A stretch of 64,000 bases of DNA from Octopus bimaculoides (lineage: Eukaryota), in NCBI RefSeq assembly GCF_001194135.2, contig NC_068999.1, forward strand, positions 41,285,658 through 41,349,657, given 5' to 3'. Both the position numbers and the translations under genes were made by a program. Positions 42,046-54,405 of this stretch are shown here, piece by piece. The stretch's first letter is position 1. The number at the start of each line of letters is the position of its first letter. A model generated the notes under the pieces. That model made no database searches. It was not told the origin of the DNA and was given only the letters and a program-made list of their open reading frames with translations.

Positions 42046-43052
42046 CAGCTGATTTTCATCGCGTGCGGGCGTATATATATGTGTGTGTGTGTGTTGTAAT
42101 AGAACTGAACGTGACGTCATATATCTAAAGTAAAATCCCTCAAAATTCAATCACCTACGTTTTTCGAAGCCTACTCTGACGCCTCTATCACGTGTTCAAT
42201 GGAGACCGTTGAAAAACGCATAAATTTCATAATTCCCCTTTCATACGCTTTTCTGTTAAAATGCACTGACATTGAGTACGTAAATATATATATATAAATA
42301 TTTATGAAAGAGGCGAAATCGGCTTAGCAACCTGCTAAGACGATTTATCCTCCCTTTCATCTTCCCTTAATGTACCTCTTCTAGTTTACTAAAGGCACTC
42401 TAAGGCTTTTGCAATGCTGTTGCCTATCATAGGCTTATGTTTACTTCAAACACTGACTCACTTGAAGACACTGTTCTCTGGCATGGTCTTTTATATAAAT
42501 ATTGGCTTCAAATGTTGGCACATGGCCAGCAATATTGGGGGAGGAGGTAAGTCGATACTGGCGACCCCACTGCTCAATGTGTAGTTATTTTATCGACCCA
42601 GAAAGGGACGAAAGGCAAATTCAACACCAGTAGCATTTGCGTTCAGAGCGTAAACACGGATGAAATGCTGTTAAGTATTTGCTCGGCGCGCTAACAGTTC
42701 TGCCAGCTCACTACCTATACACACTCACACACACACATCAATACATACACACATAAATACACACACACATAAATACACACGTACGTAAAATGTTTATGTA
42801 TGATGAGAACAGAGGAGAATATACGTTCGAATTCTCCTACATAGCGCTCTTCAACGTAGACCTCAGCAACATTTATACGTGGACATTGTGGCGCAAAAAG
42901 GAAAGAGGAATTTAACTGATTATTTTCAGATATACAAGACAAGATATTGAAAACTTGCTGTTCAGTATATCTTATTTTATTAATGCTGAATCATTTTGTC
43001 TTTAATTCTACCTTCAAGCAACTGCAGGTTCACGAAAATCGGTTTGCCAAAA

Positions 43053-43083
<31 letters not shown>

Positions 43084-43170
43084 GCCGTTCAAATAAACGA
43101 TGCGTGCGTGTGTATGTGTACATGCACGCATCCAAGAACAAACGTAGACACATGCATATATGCATATATG

Positions 43171-43226
<56 letters not shown>

Positions 43227-43355
43227 TATAAGTCATTTATACGTTAATTGAAAGAATGCTGACGGGACTCTCGAGGTAGCGATGTAGTGGGGATTCAGTT
43301 AGTATAAATCAATAAATTCTAGTACATGTATTGAATAATTCGTTCTCCGGTTTCT
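41886..43355 (+). repeat. Diverged direct repeat of about 120 bp (about 41886-42005 and 43233-43355)
   Basis: Identical 24-mer tcatttatacgttaattgaaagaa at 41886 and 43233 (offset 1347 bp), followed by shared gctgacggg..ctc..ga.gtagcga and taaatcaataaat...agtacatgt. Confidence 0.75.
42507..42715 (-). mobile_element. Family A SINE copy
   Basis: ttggcacatggccagcaat...ttttatcgaccc...cagagcgtaaac...tctgccagctcactacct. Confidence 0.75.
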
Positions 43356-44759
43356 ATAAATATATATACATATGGTAGGGGGGTACCTTTGAAGGAAAAG
43401 ATAGATAGATAGATAGATAGATAGATGCGTGCAAACATATGTATGTGCATATATACTTGCATACACATATACATACATACATCAGCTGGTAAGTATATAA
43501 ATATAAACAAAGAGCCAATGATAACCTTATTTGCTTTTTAAACTGTATACAATTGGATTTCTTCATTGGGTGCCTTTTGCTTCACTCTAAATACACACAC
43601 ACACACACGAATGTATGTACATATGCATATATAGTTGTACGTGTATATGTACGAGTGTATGCATGTATATATCAAATATGTATATATGTATATATACGTA
43701 TATATATTTAGGTGTATAAATAATTATGAATGTAAAGGTAGAAGGGAGGGACATGTATGATATATATGTATATATATATATATATATATATAATACAAAT
43801 ATATTAATATAAATAATATATACACATACATATATATATATAGTATGTGAAGCTATGCGCTTGATAGCCCACAGTATCGATCTTCGATCTTGCTGAAATT
43901 GGAATTCCAATTAAGACTAGAAAATTATTAATGTATGATAGCTTAAAGATGGAGGAATCCCAAATGAATAGCGCCATCTTGTTTTCCGCTTTCCTATCCT
44001 TATTTAACTTTTTGCAGTTATATCGTGCTTTATGGGTATATATGTATCTGTGTGTGTATGTATGTGTGTATGGTGTACATGTACGCATCAGTGTTTGTGT
44101 ATGTCCATTAGTTTATGTATGTACATATGTGTGGTTGTGTGTTACAAAGCGTACTTGTGTCTATATGTCTATTAGTCATGTGCAAACGTAAACTTCAGTG
44201 TTTATGTGTGTGTGTTCATGCACAGTCACTTCTGGATATTCGTGTATACACTTTTACTACTCCTACTAACTCCTCCTCCTACTACTACTAATAATAATAA
44301 TAATAATAATGATAATTTCTTTTTATTTGCCACAGGGGCGAAATAATGATAATCATTCTTTCTATTATAGGCAAAAAAACTGAATTTTGGGGAAGGGGGC
44401 TAATCTATTAGATCGACCCTAGTAAACAACTGGTATTTATTTAGCTCAGGGAGTTAAGCAGTTGTTATCGCTGTAAAAGTTGGTAGTAATACCAATAATT
44501 GTCGAAGCCCTGGAAACAGTGAGTAAAATCTTGAGAATTACACAGAACAAACAAATAGGGGCTGCAATAAGGATGGAGCACTTGCAGAAAACAGCACTGC
44601 ATGGAACCACTCGAATACTCCAGATGGTACTCGAAAAATAAGAAGTGTTACTTTAGTTCACTGGTGGTGAACAGCTGACACCATAGTACAACTCCAACGT
44701 TAGAAGCTGTGCAAAGACATTAAATAATAATAATAATATAACAGTAGTTTGTGATTTAG

Positions 44760-44975
44760 CTTAAAGGCGAGCAACCTTTGAGGGGGGAGGGAGGATTAGG
44801 CTGTAGTAAAGAACCTTATACTTGAATGGTATTTTGTATCATCGAGCTCCGGAGGAGTGAAAGACGAAGTTGATCCCGGCGGGATTTTATACTCAAAACT
44901 AAAAGCAACAGAAGAAATACCGCGAGGCATTTCGTCCGACACTCTAATGTTTCTGCCAACTTCAACAGCAAAATT
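44760..44975 (-). mobile_element. Family A SINE copy, degenerate
   Basis: ggcgagcaacctttgagggggg...aagttgatcccggcgggattt...gcatttcgtccgacactcta. Confidence 0.65.
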
Positions 44976-45393
44976 AAACAGCCACATCGGTCGAAAAACC
45001 GGTAACAACAGCATAAATAGCATAATCTTCACTTTTTATTTTCTGAATATATTCTCGTATTATAGTATTCCATTTTGTTTTGCGGGCATTCGTCAACGTC
45101 GTCGTCGTCGTTGCTGTTGTGTTCTTAGAAGGACGCGGCGTCTGCATCTTACTCTCTTCTCTCTCTGTTATATGTATTTAAACTTTTCTTTTACATCATC
45201 AATATTCTCTTATAAATATTTCACTTCTTTCCTACCTATATTACCTTCAACATCCGTACTGTATGTATGTCTCGGTGCACGTGTGCATATGTAGATATAT
45301 ATATGTGTGTATATGTATGTGCCTTGTGTACATATATGTGTGTATAAATAAATATATATGTATATGTACATTTGCATGTATATGTATACATCT

Positions 45394-45470
<77 letters not shown>

Positions 45471-45540
45471 CATACATACATATATATATATACATAATAC
45501 ATACATATATATATATACATACATACATACATATATATAT

Positions 45541-45571
<31 letters not shown>

Positions 45572-45814
45572 CATACATACATATATATATATACATACAT
45601 ACATACATATATATATATACATACATACATACATATATATATATACATACATACATACATACGTGTGTGTGTGTGTGTGTGCGTATGTATCTATATGTGT
45701 ATGTATATTTTTATATATGCATATGTATAGATGTATATATGAATGTATGAAATGTGTTCGATTGTATATAGGCGTGCGCGTACATGTATCTACGTAAGTT
45801 ATATAGTTATAACG

Positions 45815-45850
<36 letters not shown>

Positions 45851-47086
45851 TGTATACATAGATTTATAAGCAATATTAAATATATATGATAATGTTATAC
45901 GCAAGAGCATTACGTATTATGCGAGTGTGTGTGTTCGTATTTGTGTACGTATGTGTGTTAACTAATATGCATACATATATGTGTAAGTGTGCAAGAGGAG
46001 AAAAAAATATGCGTCTGTATAGATATGAATTTGTTAAAATAGTTTCATTTAAATAGTTCCAAAAGTGGCGATCATCTCTTACCAATTTCTATCAATAAAG
46101 ATAATTCAATCTTGAAATTCTTCTTGGTTTTTAAGTCCAAAAGCTTTTTACTAATTTAAACTTATTTTATAAAACCGTTTTCCTCTCCATATAAATGCGT
46201 CCCTGCGTGTTCTTACGTTTGTATGGGTGTGTGCAAGTCTGTATGTATGTATGTATATGTGTGTGTGCGTACATTCAAACATGTGTTTGTGTGTGTGTGT
46301 GTGTGTATGTATATATATGTATGCATGTATATATACATGTATACGCATATATAGACACTCATTTCTAGACGCATATGCATATATACATACGTTTATAAAT
46401 ATACGTGTGTGTATGTATGTATACACACACACATACACATATTTGTATTCATATGCGTGCTTATGTGAGTGTGTACGCGTGTGCTTTCATTAGTAAAATG
46501 GCGCTGCAGTGTTATCAATCATTTCTTTATTCATATATCTTCGTATTATAATTTTCCTTTTCTTTATTCCTGATATTTTAAGTAGTAATTTTACAAAATT
46601 CAAATATTTTGCTTGGCTTTTCCTTTTCTTCACCAAAATTTCGTTAATATCTATCGTAAGTCTCTCTCTCTCTGTCTGACCCCCCCCCCCAACCGCCGAC
46701 CATTCCGATTCGTTTGATAAGTGTCTACGCTTCTTATAATATTCTCACCAATTTCTCAGATCCCTTACTTTTATCTTGTTCTAAATGAGTTGTTGGTTCT
46801 CGCGGGGTGAATCTTTGTACGACTTCCGGTTAGTTCTGTTCATGTTTGTTAATGCGGAATATCTTTATCACGAAGATTAGGAGTCTAGAGATGAGACCGA
46901 AAAGAAACGCGAGAAAAAGTGAGACGAGCAATGGAGAGTGTCGTTATTTTTTATGTCATCAGAACTTGATAAACTTGGGAGAGAACGTGACGTTCTCGAA
47001 GTGCATAATGCTTTAAACCATAGCATGAAATTATTGTGTTGGAAAAACTTTCGGAATAGAATATTTACGTGCTATTATTCAAAGCT

Positions 47087-47430
47087 TGTGGTAAGAAGCT
47101 TGCTTCCCAAACACTTGGTTCTGAGTTTCGTGTCACCTTCAGCAAGTGTCTTCTACTATAGCCTCGGGCCAACCAAAGCCTTGTGAGTGGATTTGGAAGA
47201 CGGAAACTGAAAGAATATACATATGTTACTTGTGTCTGAGTCTGTTCCTCTACCGTCACTTGACAACCAATGTTGGTCTCTTTACGTCCCCGTCACTAAG
47301 CTGTTCGGCAAAAAGAGACCAATAGAATTAGTACTAGGCTTACAAAGAATAAGTCCTGCGTTTGATTTGTTCCACTAAAGGCGGTGCTCCAGCGTGGCCG
47401 CAGTAGAATTACTTAAACAAGTAAAAGAAT
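47087..47430 (+). mobile_element. Family B SINE, near full length
   Basis: tgtggtaagaagcttgcttcccaaacac...caagtgtcttctactatagcctcgggccaaccaaagccttgtgagtggatttgg...ggcggtgctccagcgtggccgcag. Confidence 0.85.
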
Positions 47431-48287
47431 GCTTCGAAATCCAGTGTTCCACAAAAAAAAAAGAATTACATAGTTCTTTTTGTTGTTTGCGGAGCCAAAA
47501 AAATCGTTTTTGTTATGTCGGTGAATCCTCTTCTAGGCTACCATCCTCTTCATACCTGTAATTCAAAAGGGTCCTGCCTTGTCACATTCCGTGTCACTCT
47601 GAATCTCTCCGACAACTGCATGAAGGGTACACGTGCCTGTAGAGTACTCAGCCACTTGCACGTTAATTTCACGAGAAGGCTGTTTCGCTTGTTATATCAA
47701 CTGGAACACTCGTAGTCGTAACCGACGGAATACCAGTTTTTCAATCTTCTTTCTTTTTTTTTTTTTTTGTCGTTGACTCTGTTTGCTGATAGTATTGTTC
47801 TTGTCGTCGTTGCTGTTGCTATTGTTTCCATGGAAATTACATCAAACCCAGCTGTATTGCCAATTTCTTCGTGTGCTGAATAATCTGAAAATCTTTTAGT
47901 TTATTTTTTCGTTTTATAATAGAATTGAGAATCTTCAAGTTCTGAAAACTTAAAACCAAGACAAATCAATTCCAAGATTTCAAACACAGGGCGTTTCTAA
48001 CCTTAGGGTTTGCCTCCCTTGACAACGCCTAAGTTTACTTGATTTTGTATTTTAGCTTTTATCATGTTTGTGTTTTTTGTTAGCTAAAAGCAAAAATTGT
48101 GTTTACATCTCTTGTATACGCGCGCACGTGCGCGGTTTACTCCATAATACTTATTTACAATTTAAATGCCGAGTACAAATATTCTATACGAAACTACTGG
48201 TTTATTGGTTGCAGATTTCTAGAAGGTCTAAACCTTATTTACATTATTTATATTTGACGGATATTTGTCCTCATCTTGTTAGTTGTT

Positions 48288-48333
48288 AAGACAACGTTTC
48301 GGCTGATATACCCTCCGGCCTTCATCAGGTGTT
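48288..48333 (-). ncRNA. Mirror-copy hammerhead motif with an intact core and one mismatch each in stems I and II
   Basis: The reverse complement reads aacac-CTGATGA-a-ggccg-gagggtatat-cagcc-GAAACGTT-gtctt. Confidence 0.6.
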
Positions 48334-48381
48334 TTGGGGGAAATTTCGAACCTGGGTTCTCATTCCTAAGGTATTTCTCAA

Positions 48382-48417
<36 letters not shown>

Positions 48418-48466
48418 ATTGAAAAATCTCTTAGAAATGAGAACCCAGGTTCGAAATTTCCCCCAA

Positions 48467-48512
48467 AACACCTGATGAAGGCTGGAGTGTATATCAGCCG
48501 AAACGTTGTGTT
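48467..48512 (+). ncRNA. Minimal type I hammerhead ribozyme motif (Penelope-like-element type), intact core
   Basis: Stem I AACAC (48467-71) / GUGUU (48508-12); CUGAUGA (48472-78) plus one extra A; stem II GGCUG (48480-84) / CAGCC (48495-99) with a 10-nt loop; GAAAC (48500-04). Stem III is loopless and palindromic (AACGUU). Predicted cleavage is after GUU at 48507/48508. Confidence 0.75.
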
Positions 48513-49467
48513 AACAACAAACAAGATGAGGACAAATATCCGTCAAATGTAAATAATTTAAATAATGTACATGATTCCTCATCACTTAAATATAGAGCTG
48601 AAGTACATATACCGTCAGGAAGAACGGTAAACTAGTGTCGCAGACTAATCTTTTGTCTGTACAGCTAGAACTACCTTCCAGATTATATCCATCCAATTTT
48701 AAAACAACATGACATATGACGGAGATTTAACTGCTATTTTTAGCAAATTAAAAGAGTACTTACAGACTATCTTTTCTAACAACCACAGATATAATTCACT
48801 GAGGATGATACAGAATCTCGTTCGAACTGACAGATGTGAATTTCCATGTCTCAAAACGGTTCTTCCTTTCTCAGAGCCTCAAAACGCCCAGATTTATTTC
48901 CTCTGCAAAGCTATACAAACTTATCCAGCGATATAATTTATGCCTGACACAGAACAACCACTAATTTCCAGGGACTCTGGTCTCTTTTTTTATATTCATC
49001 TATTGGTCGATATTTAAATGGAACGGTGTATATAAAGAATTCGAATAAATAAAACATTGAACTGTTGCCTGCAGGATTTCAATTTAAAATCTTCCAATTC
49101 TTCTGTTTTAACCTTCTTCGTTCTTCATTTTTGCCAAAATAACCAAATCTTCACTTCTTATACACTGCCAGAACTTCTTAAAAACCGAAACATGTGGGTT
49201 TCAGCCACGCCGGCAACTTGAGATGCGTGACAACTCTCGTCTGAACGCAAAAAAAAACAGAACAGTTAGTGCACTGCATCGCGTCACATGCTCTACCAGA
49301 TCCCACAGTGCACTGCTCTAGATTCGTATATTTCTTTATCCTCTGAAAGGAGGAAAAGCACAATGGACCGCGGCGTGATTTGAATTCATAGAGCAGTGAA
49401 TCGGGTCTTATACTGCGAAGCATTCTATCCAATGCTCTAAGGACTCCACCAATTTGCCGTCATGAAT

Positions 49468-49504
<37 letters not shown>

Positions 49505-50562
49505 TGCAAGATGGCATGTGATCAACCCTCGCTGGGTCATCTGGGTGAGGGGATGACGGTCTGATGTTGAAAGAACCGAAACCCCCACAAACATTAGTGA
49601 CGTTGCACACAGAGCATCCGCGAGATATAAAATAGACGTATATATATATATTGAAAGAGAGTCAGACAAGTAGATTGACAGAGTGGTTGTTCAAATATTT
49701 TGACATCACGATGGATGCACAAAGATACACGCGTCTGCATACGTGTACACATACATATACCCATGCATACATATACAAACACCTCTATCACGGACACACC
49801 AACTACGATACATATATGTACGCAGCGCCATCACATTATTTCGTACGTAAATATATGAAAACACTAAACAATAGACATTTCGCTCTCTCTCACTCACACA
49901 TTCCACTATTCGAAGATCTTTATACTATCATATATAGACCTACATACAAACACATGTCCATATATAAACTTAATAAACACAGTCTCTCGCCCCGCCAAGC
50001 AACACCAACCCAGCAATAACAACAACATCGTTAGTCCATAACTCACGCAAACCGTCTGTCTAATTACTCCACCTTTAATCAACCAAATCAATGAAATATG
50101 ACGGCGATGTTTGTTTTTCCTTGTTAATTATATTTAATTATGTTTAATTCGCTTGATTAACTAATCGTCTAGCAGTTTAAAGTGTCGTTAATCATCCAAG
50201 CGTGTAAACAATGACCGTGACACAAGTAAGTCTTTTCACACCACAACTTCCGCCATGACATTCAAAGCAGTGAAGCGGAAAACTGGCAGAAAATTTCTTG
50301 GGAAGATAAACATTTATAATGTAATATAAATTACAATGAAGAATTATAATAAAGTAAACTTAATTTTAAGTTCAGTACACTAACAAAAATGACTGTGAAT
50401 TGACACTGAGGACCGGCACAACCAGCTTGCAAATACAGGCTGCAGGGAAAAAAAAGAAGAAACAATAAAAAACAATCTCTCGCACTGCCGTTAGAGTGAC
50501 GCTAGTGAAGAAATTCAGGTGGAAATTGTCTTAAGATAGATTATGTTTTATTATTTAATTTG

Positions 50563-51645
50563 TTATTACCTTCGCTAAGGCGGAGGTATTGTTTCCAATC
50601 GTATTTGTTAGTTTGTCCGTGATCAAGATATCTCAAGAAGCGATGGATGAATTCAGATGAAACTTTCAGAGATGTTTGACGTCGTGACTGGCACGAATTG
50701 ATTAGATTTTGGGATGGACAAGGATTTGGGATTATTTTTCCTGTTTTTTTTTTTTTTCCTTAGTGTGATAAACGCTTAATACTACTGAAGAAGTTTCAGA
50801 ATTTCAGTGGATTATATTGAAACAAGTACATAACTGGTGAGAATGACCGTAACATACGACTGGTACTAGCACTAAACAACTGGTACTTTGTTAATTACTC
50901 AAGTACAAATCTAATACTATCATTTTCAAGAGACAAGTCGTGTTTGCATTAACAATCTCAATACAGAATTGTTTGTATTAACGACTCCACTATAGAAATG
51001 CGGAAAAAATATATCGGAGGAATGAAACACAAAGTCAATCCTCGCATGATTTGAACTCAAAAGTTAAAGGCAAACAACTCTTGGCTTCACCTGACACCTA
51101 ACCATCTTCTTTCGTGTTATACGTCACAGCCCCGTTTTTTTTTCTTCTGTTTTATATAATAGAAACCATCAGGTGTGAGTATAACATAAATTACTCGACT
51201 TAATACGCAAACTTAATACAAACACACACAGTTACACAACACACACAGAGATGTTTATCATCTCAGTTGAAACAGCTACGAATGAGACAAAACATTTCTT
51301 CACAGCCATATTGTCTATAATACCATAACTACTTCGGCTGCTTTCTTAAATATTATTACAGTAATTCGGTTATTGCTAAATTATATTAGTTATTAATTGT
51401 TAAACTCAATTGTCATCGAGCTATAGAAAATATAATTCACACTTACTGTATATTATCTACAGGCCTTTTAGTAATGAAGATGATGGTGATTATTATTATT
51501 TGACAGTGCAACATACGTCATCAAAGTGACGCAGGGGTACAAACTTACAAAGCCCAATATACCCATCGTGACTACTCAACTGATAAGGTTAGAGCAGGCA
51601 CATGCATCACGACCTTGGCGGAGGTTTGCGCTCTCTGAGTGCTCT
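50563..51645 (+). mobile_element. Non-autonomous Helentron-type element (HINE / DINE-1-like architecture)
   Basis: The 5' subTIR with an adjacent inverted copy is accttcgctaaggcggaggt (50568-50587). The matching 3' subTIR is ccttggcggaggt (51613-51625), followed by a stem-loop gcgctc-tct-gagtgc (51628-51642). A short SINE fragment near 51000-51070 is nested inside. Confidence 0.7.
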
Positions 51646-51900
51646 CTGGGTGCGCTGCATGGTGACCTCATATCAAGACAAACTGCGTATGACCTTACAA
51701 TTTCTTTCAGATCGAGTAGCCCATCCCGCTCAAAAGGTCCCTGAATAAGGGCTGTTTAAGGATGATGAATAAAACACCCATGCTTCCAGGGGTTAATAAT
51801 TCAGACCCTAAAGAGGTCTTCTCAATAGATGACTATGATGCTCTCCAACTACACTGTCCAATGATTCTTGTTATTAAAATCGTTGTGTTTCTAATTTCAG

Positions 51901-52071
51901 GGTGTTCAAGCAAATAACGAAGAAAGGTTCTGTATTGCTCTCCTACAAGTTGATGTTCTTGCCCAAAACGATACGTCTTTGATATTTTCAAAATCCTTCT
52001 ATGAAGCAGCTGTGGTTGAAAATGCCCCCGTTGGAACAAATATTCTTACTTTACCTGTCATATACAAAGCC
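51901..52071 (+). CDS. Internal exon of the same cadherin gene: GVQANNEERFCIALLQVDVLAQNDTSLIFSKSFYEAAVVENAPVGTNILTLPVIYKA
   Basis: Acceptor gtgtttctaatttcag ends at 51900 and donor gtaagt starts at 52072. The exon is 171 nt, phase 0-0, with no stops. It contains the EC-EC linker pattern V-x-V-x-x-x-ND...F-x4-Y-x3-V-x-EN-A-P-V-G. Confidence 0.92.
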
Positions 52072-52369
52072 GTAAGTATATTAGACATTTCTATTGGTTT
52101 TGGCTATTTTTCTTTTTCGACTTTTATTGTCTGAGAGATGTGTCCTTGCTATTCATTTGTGTGTATGTAAGTATGTGTGTGCTTGGTTATGTACAAGTTT
52201 CTCATTCGTAATATTGTTCTCTCTATCTTTATTTCTCTCATTTTATACATACAATCACACGTACACACGCGCACACACATACACACACACACGCACACAC
52301 ACATATAAATTGTATGAATTTATAAACTTCTTCAATCTCACATTCAACCAACGTGACAAGAAGTTTGCT

Positions 52370-52600
52370 TCCTAACCACATGGTTTAGGGTTCAGTCCTA
52401 CAACGTGACACACTGGGCAAGTGTCTTCAACCAAAGCATCGGGTCAACCAAAGACTTGTGAGGGGATTTGGTATGCAGAAAGAGAAAGAGGCCCGTTACG
52501 CGTATATGTGTGTGTGTCCCATCACCGCTTTATAATCAGTTCCGCAAAAGAGACCGATAGAATAATTACCAGGCTTTACAAAACATATGGCTGGAAATTC
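52370..52600 (+). mobile_element. Family B SINE, degenerate; further 5' fragments at about 37400-37500(+), 39697-39778(-) and 59915-60070(-)
   Basis: gcttcctaaccacatggtttagggttcagtcc...gggcaagtgtcttc...gcaaaagagaccgatagaata. Confidence 0.7.
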
Positions 52601-54370
52601 TGATCGAGATCCTTATTTTCTTTAGGCGATATTGTTCAATACGAAGGTCAATGGTTTAATTTGAGGGAAAGAAGGCTGTTGTTTCTAGCAGACCGAGCGA
52701 TTATTTAAATGTTCATTCGATGATGCGTTGAAGGAGATGGAAATGTCAGAGTCAAAGAATGGAGAAAAAAACAATGCCCGGCTTATATACACAAAGTACA
52801 CATACACAGTTTCGCTCATAGAAATGCATAAACGCTAGTATACAGCCATACACACATACACATAAGCACTTATGATGCATATATTTTCACATATGCACAT
52901 ACGTGAAGAGATACGTATGCACATACCCACATCTTCACACAATCACTTAACCACACATACATACACATGTACACACACACACACGTATATACGTATACAC
53001 AGATTGGCAATTAATACGACCAGATATATACACGAACACTGACGCATATACATATATGCCCGTGTATATACACACATAAAACCATACATGCATACACATA
53101 TATTCGCATAAAGAACATAAAAAACGTACAGTTTCCCACTCACATACATATAAACCCACGCGCGTACACGAATACAGATCCCGTACATGTGTCCATACAC
53201 ACAAGCATGTGCATATATTTAATCCCACGCATTAGCACACCCACGCACAAATAAATACATACACAACACTAACACAACCATACACAGAAGCCACTCGCAT
53301 AGACGCATACACATGCAACGATGCACACTCCTACATAAACATGTTTGTGTGTGTGTGTGTGCCCGCGAATATACACACACATGCATATATGCAAATGTAT
53401 ACACGTATAAAGAGAAGCAGAATTATAAAGAAACGAAATGTATATTGTCTGTGTTTTCGGTTTTCATCGAAAACATTTTTCCAGTGGATTTCTTCCAGCA
53501 GCATATTGGTTAGTGCTCTCATAGGAATTAAACCAATGCTGATTTTAATGGCGTTCCTAAGTTATTATTATTATTATTATTATTATTTATTTATTTCATA
53601 TTTCTTCCTTTTATGACGATCCCTTAGTGAGCAAACGGGCGTCTGTTTTAAAAGATACGTCATCACAGAGGTCCGATTTTAATGGGATTTTTTTTTGTTT
53701 TTTTGTTTTTATAACAACGTCACAAAGCTAAAAACAAAATGTTTTGTAGGAAAGCATGAATATAATCGATTTAATCGATTCCAATAATCGACGATTGATT
53801 CCTGTCTTTAAACCAATACCCCCCATTTCAACCTGCTCCCCTCACACGAAAAGATGAATGGCAAAATTAATCCCCTAGCGGGATTTTAATGCATTATACA
53901 TAAAGGGAGATAACTAAATGGAGCAAGATATTTGCTCTTAATTTTATTTTGTCTTGTATATATATTTTTTTTTCTTTTTTTTTTTGTTTGAGCCGATGCT
54001 CACATGATGTTTTATGTTCATCTACATATAAAGCTTCATCAATATTTCTATATTTAAAAGTTGTAAGTTGGCACAATCGTTAAAGTATCTGACAAAATGT
54101 GTATTTAACAACGAATTATGGCACTGCCGAGGTGTCGAAACCCTAATGATATCCGTGGGGCAGCTGATGATGGAGGTATGTTGGATTGCTGGTATGGCTG
54201 TTTTTGTATATGTGGAATAGTGTTATAAGACATCCTTTTGATATATANNNNNNNNNNNNNNNNNNNNNNNNNNNNNNNNNNNNNNNNNNNNNNNNNNNNN
54301 NNNNNNNNNNNNNNNNNNNNNNNNNNNNNNNNNNNNNNNNNNNNNNNNNNNNNNNNNNNNNNNNNNNNNN

Positions 54371-54405
<35 letters not shown>

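Larger units (their letters stand above)
48235..48590. mobile_element. Palindromic fold-back element, copy 2 (most complete), with a hammerhead motif in each arm; probably derived from a Penelope-like element
   Basis: Arms 48235-48384 and 48416-48565 are 150 bp each, with 10 mismatches and no indels by manual alignment. The spacer is (TAT)n. The family terminus cttaaatatagagctg lies on the right side only. Confidence 0.9.

Noticed and set aside
49545-49600. Hammerhead-like words ctgatg...gaaacccc
   Set aside because: The core reads CTGATGT rather than CTGANGA, and no consistent stems or NUH site can be drawn.
50172-50231. Candidate exon ending at a caa|gtaagt donor
   Set aside because: All three frames from the nearest acceptors contain stops, and there is no cadherin-like sequence.
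54110-54181. Candidate exon ending at gag|gtatgt
   Set aside because: No usable upstream acceptor, it overlaps a degenerate SINE start, and the peptide is not cadherin-like.
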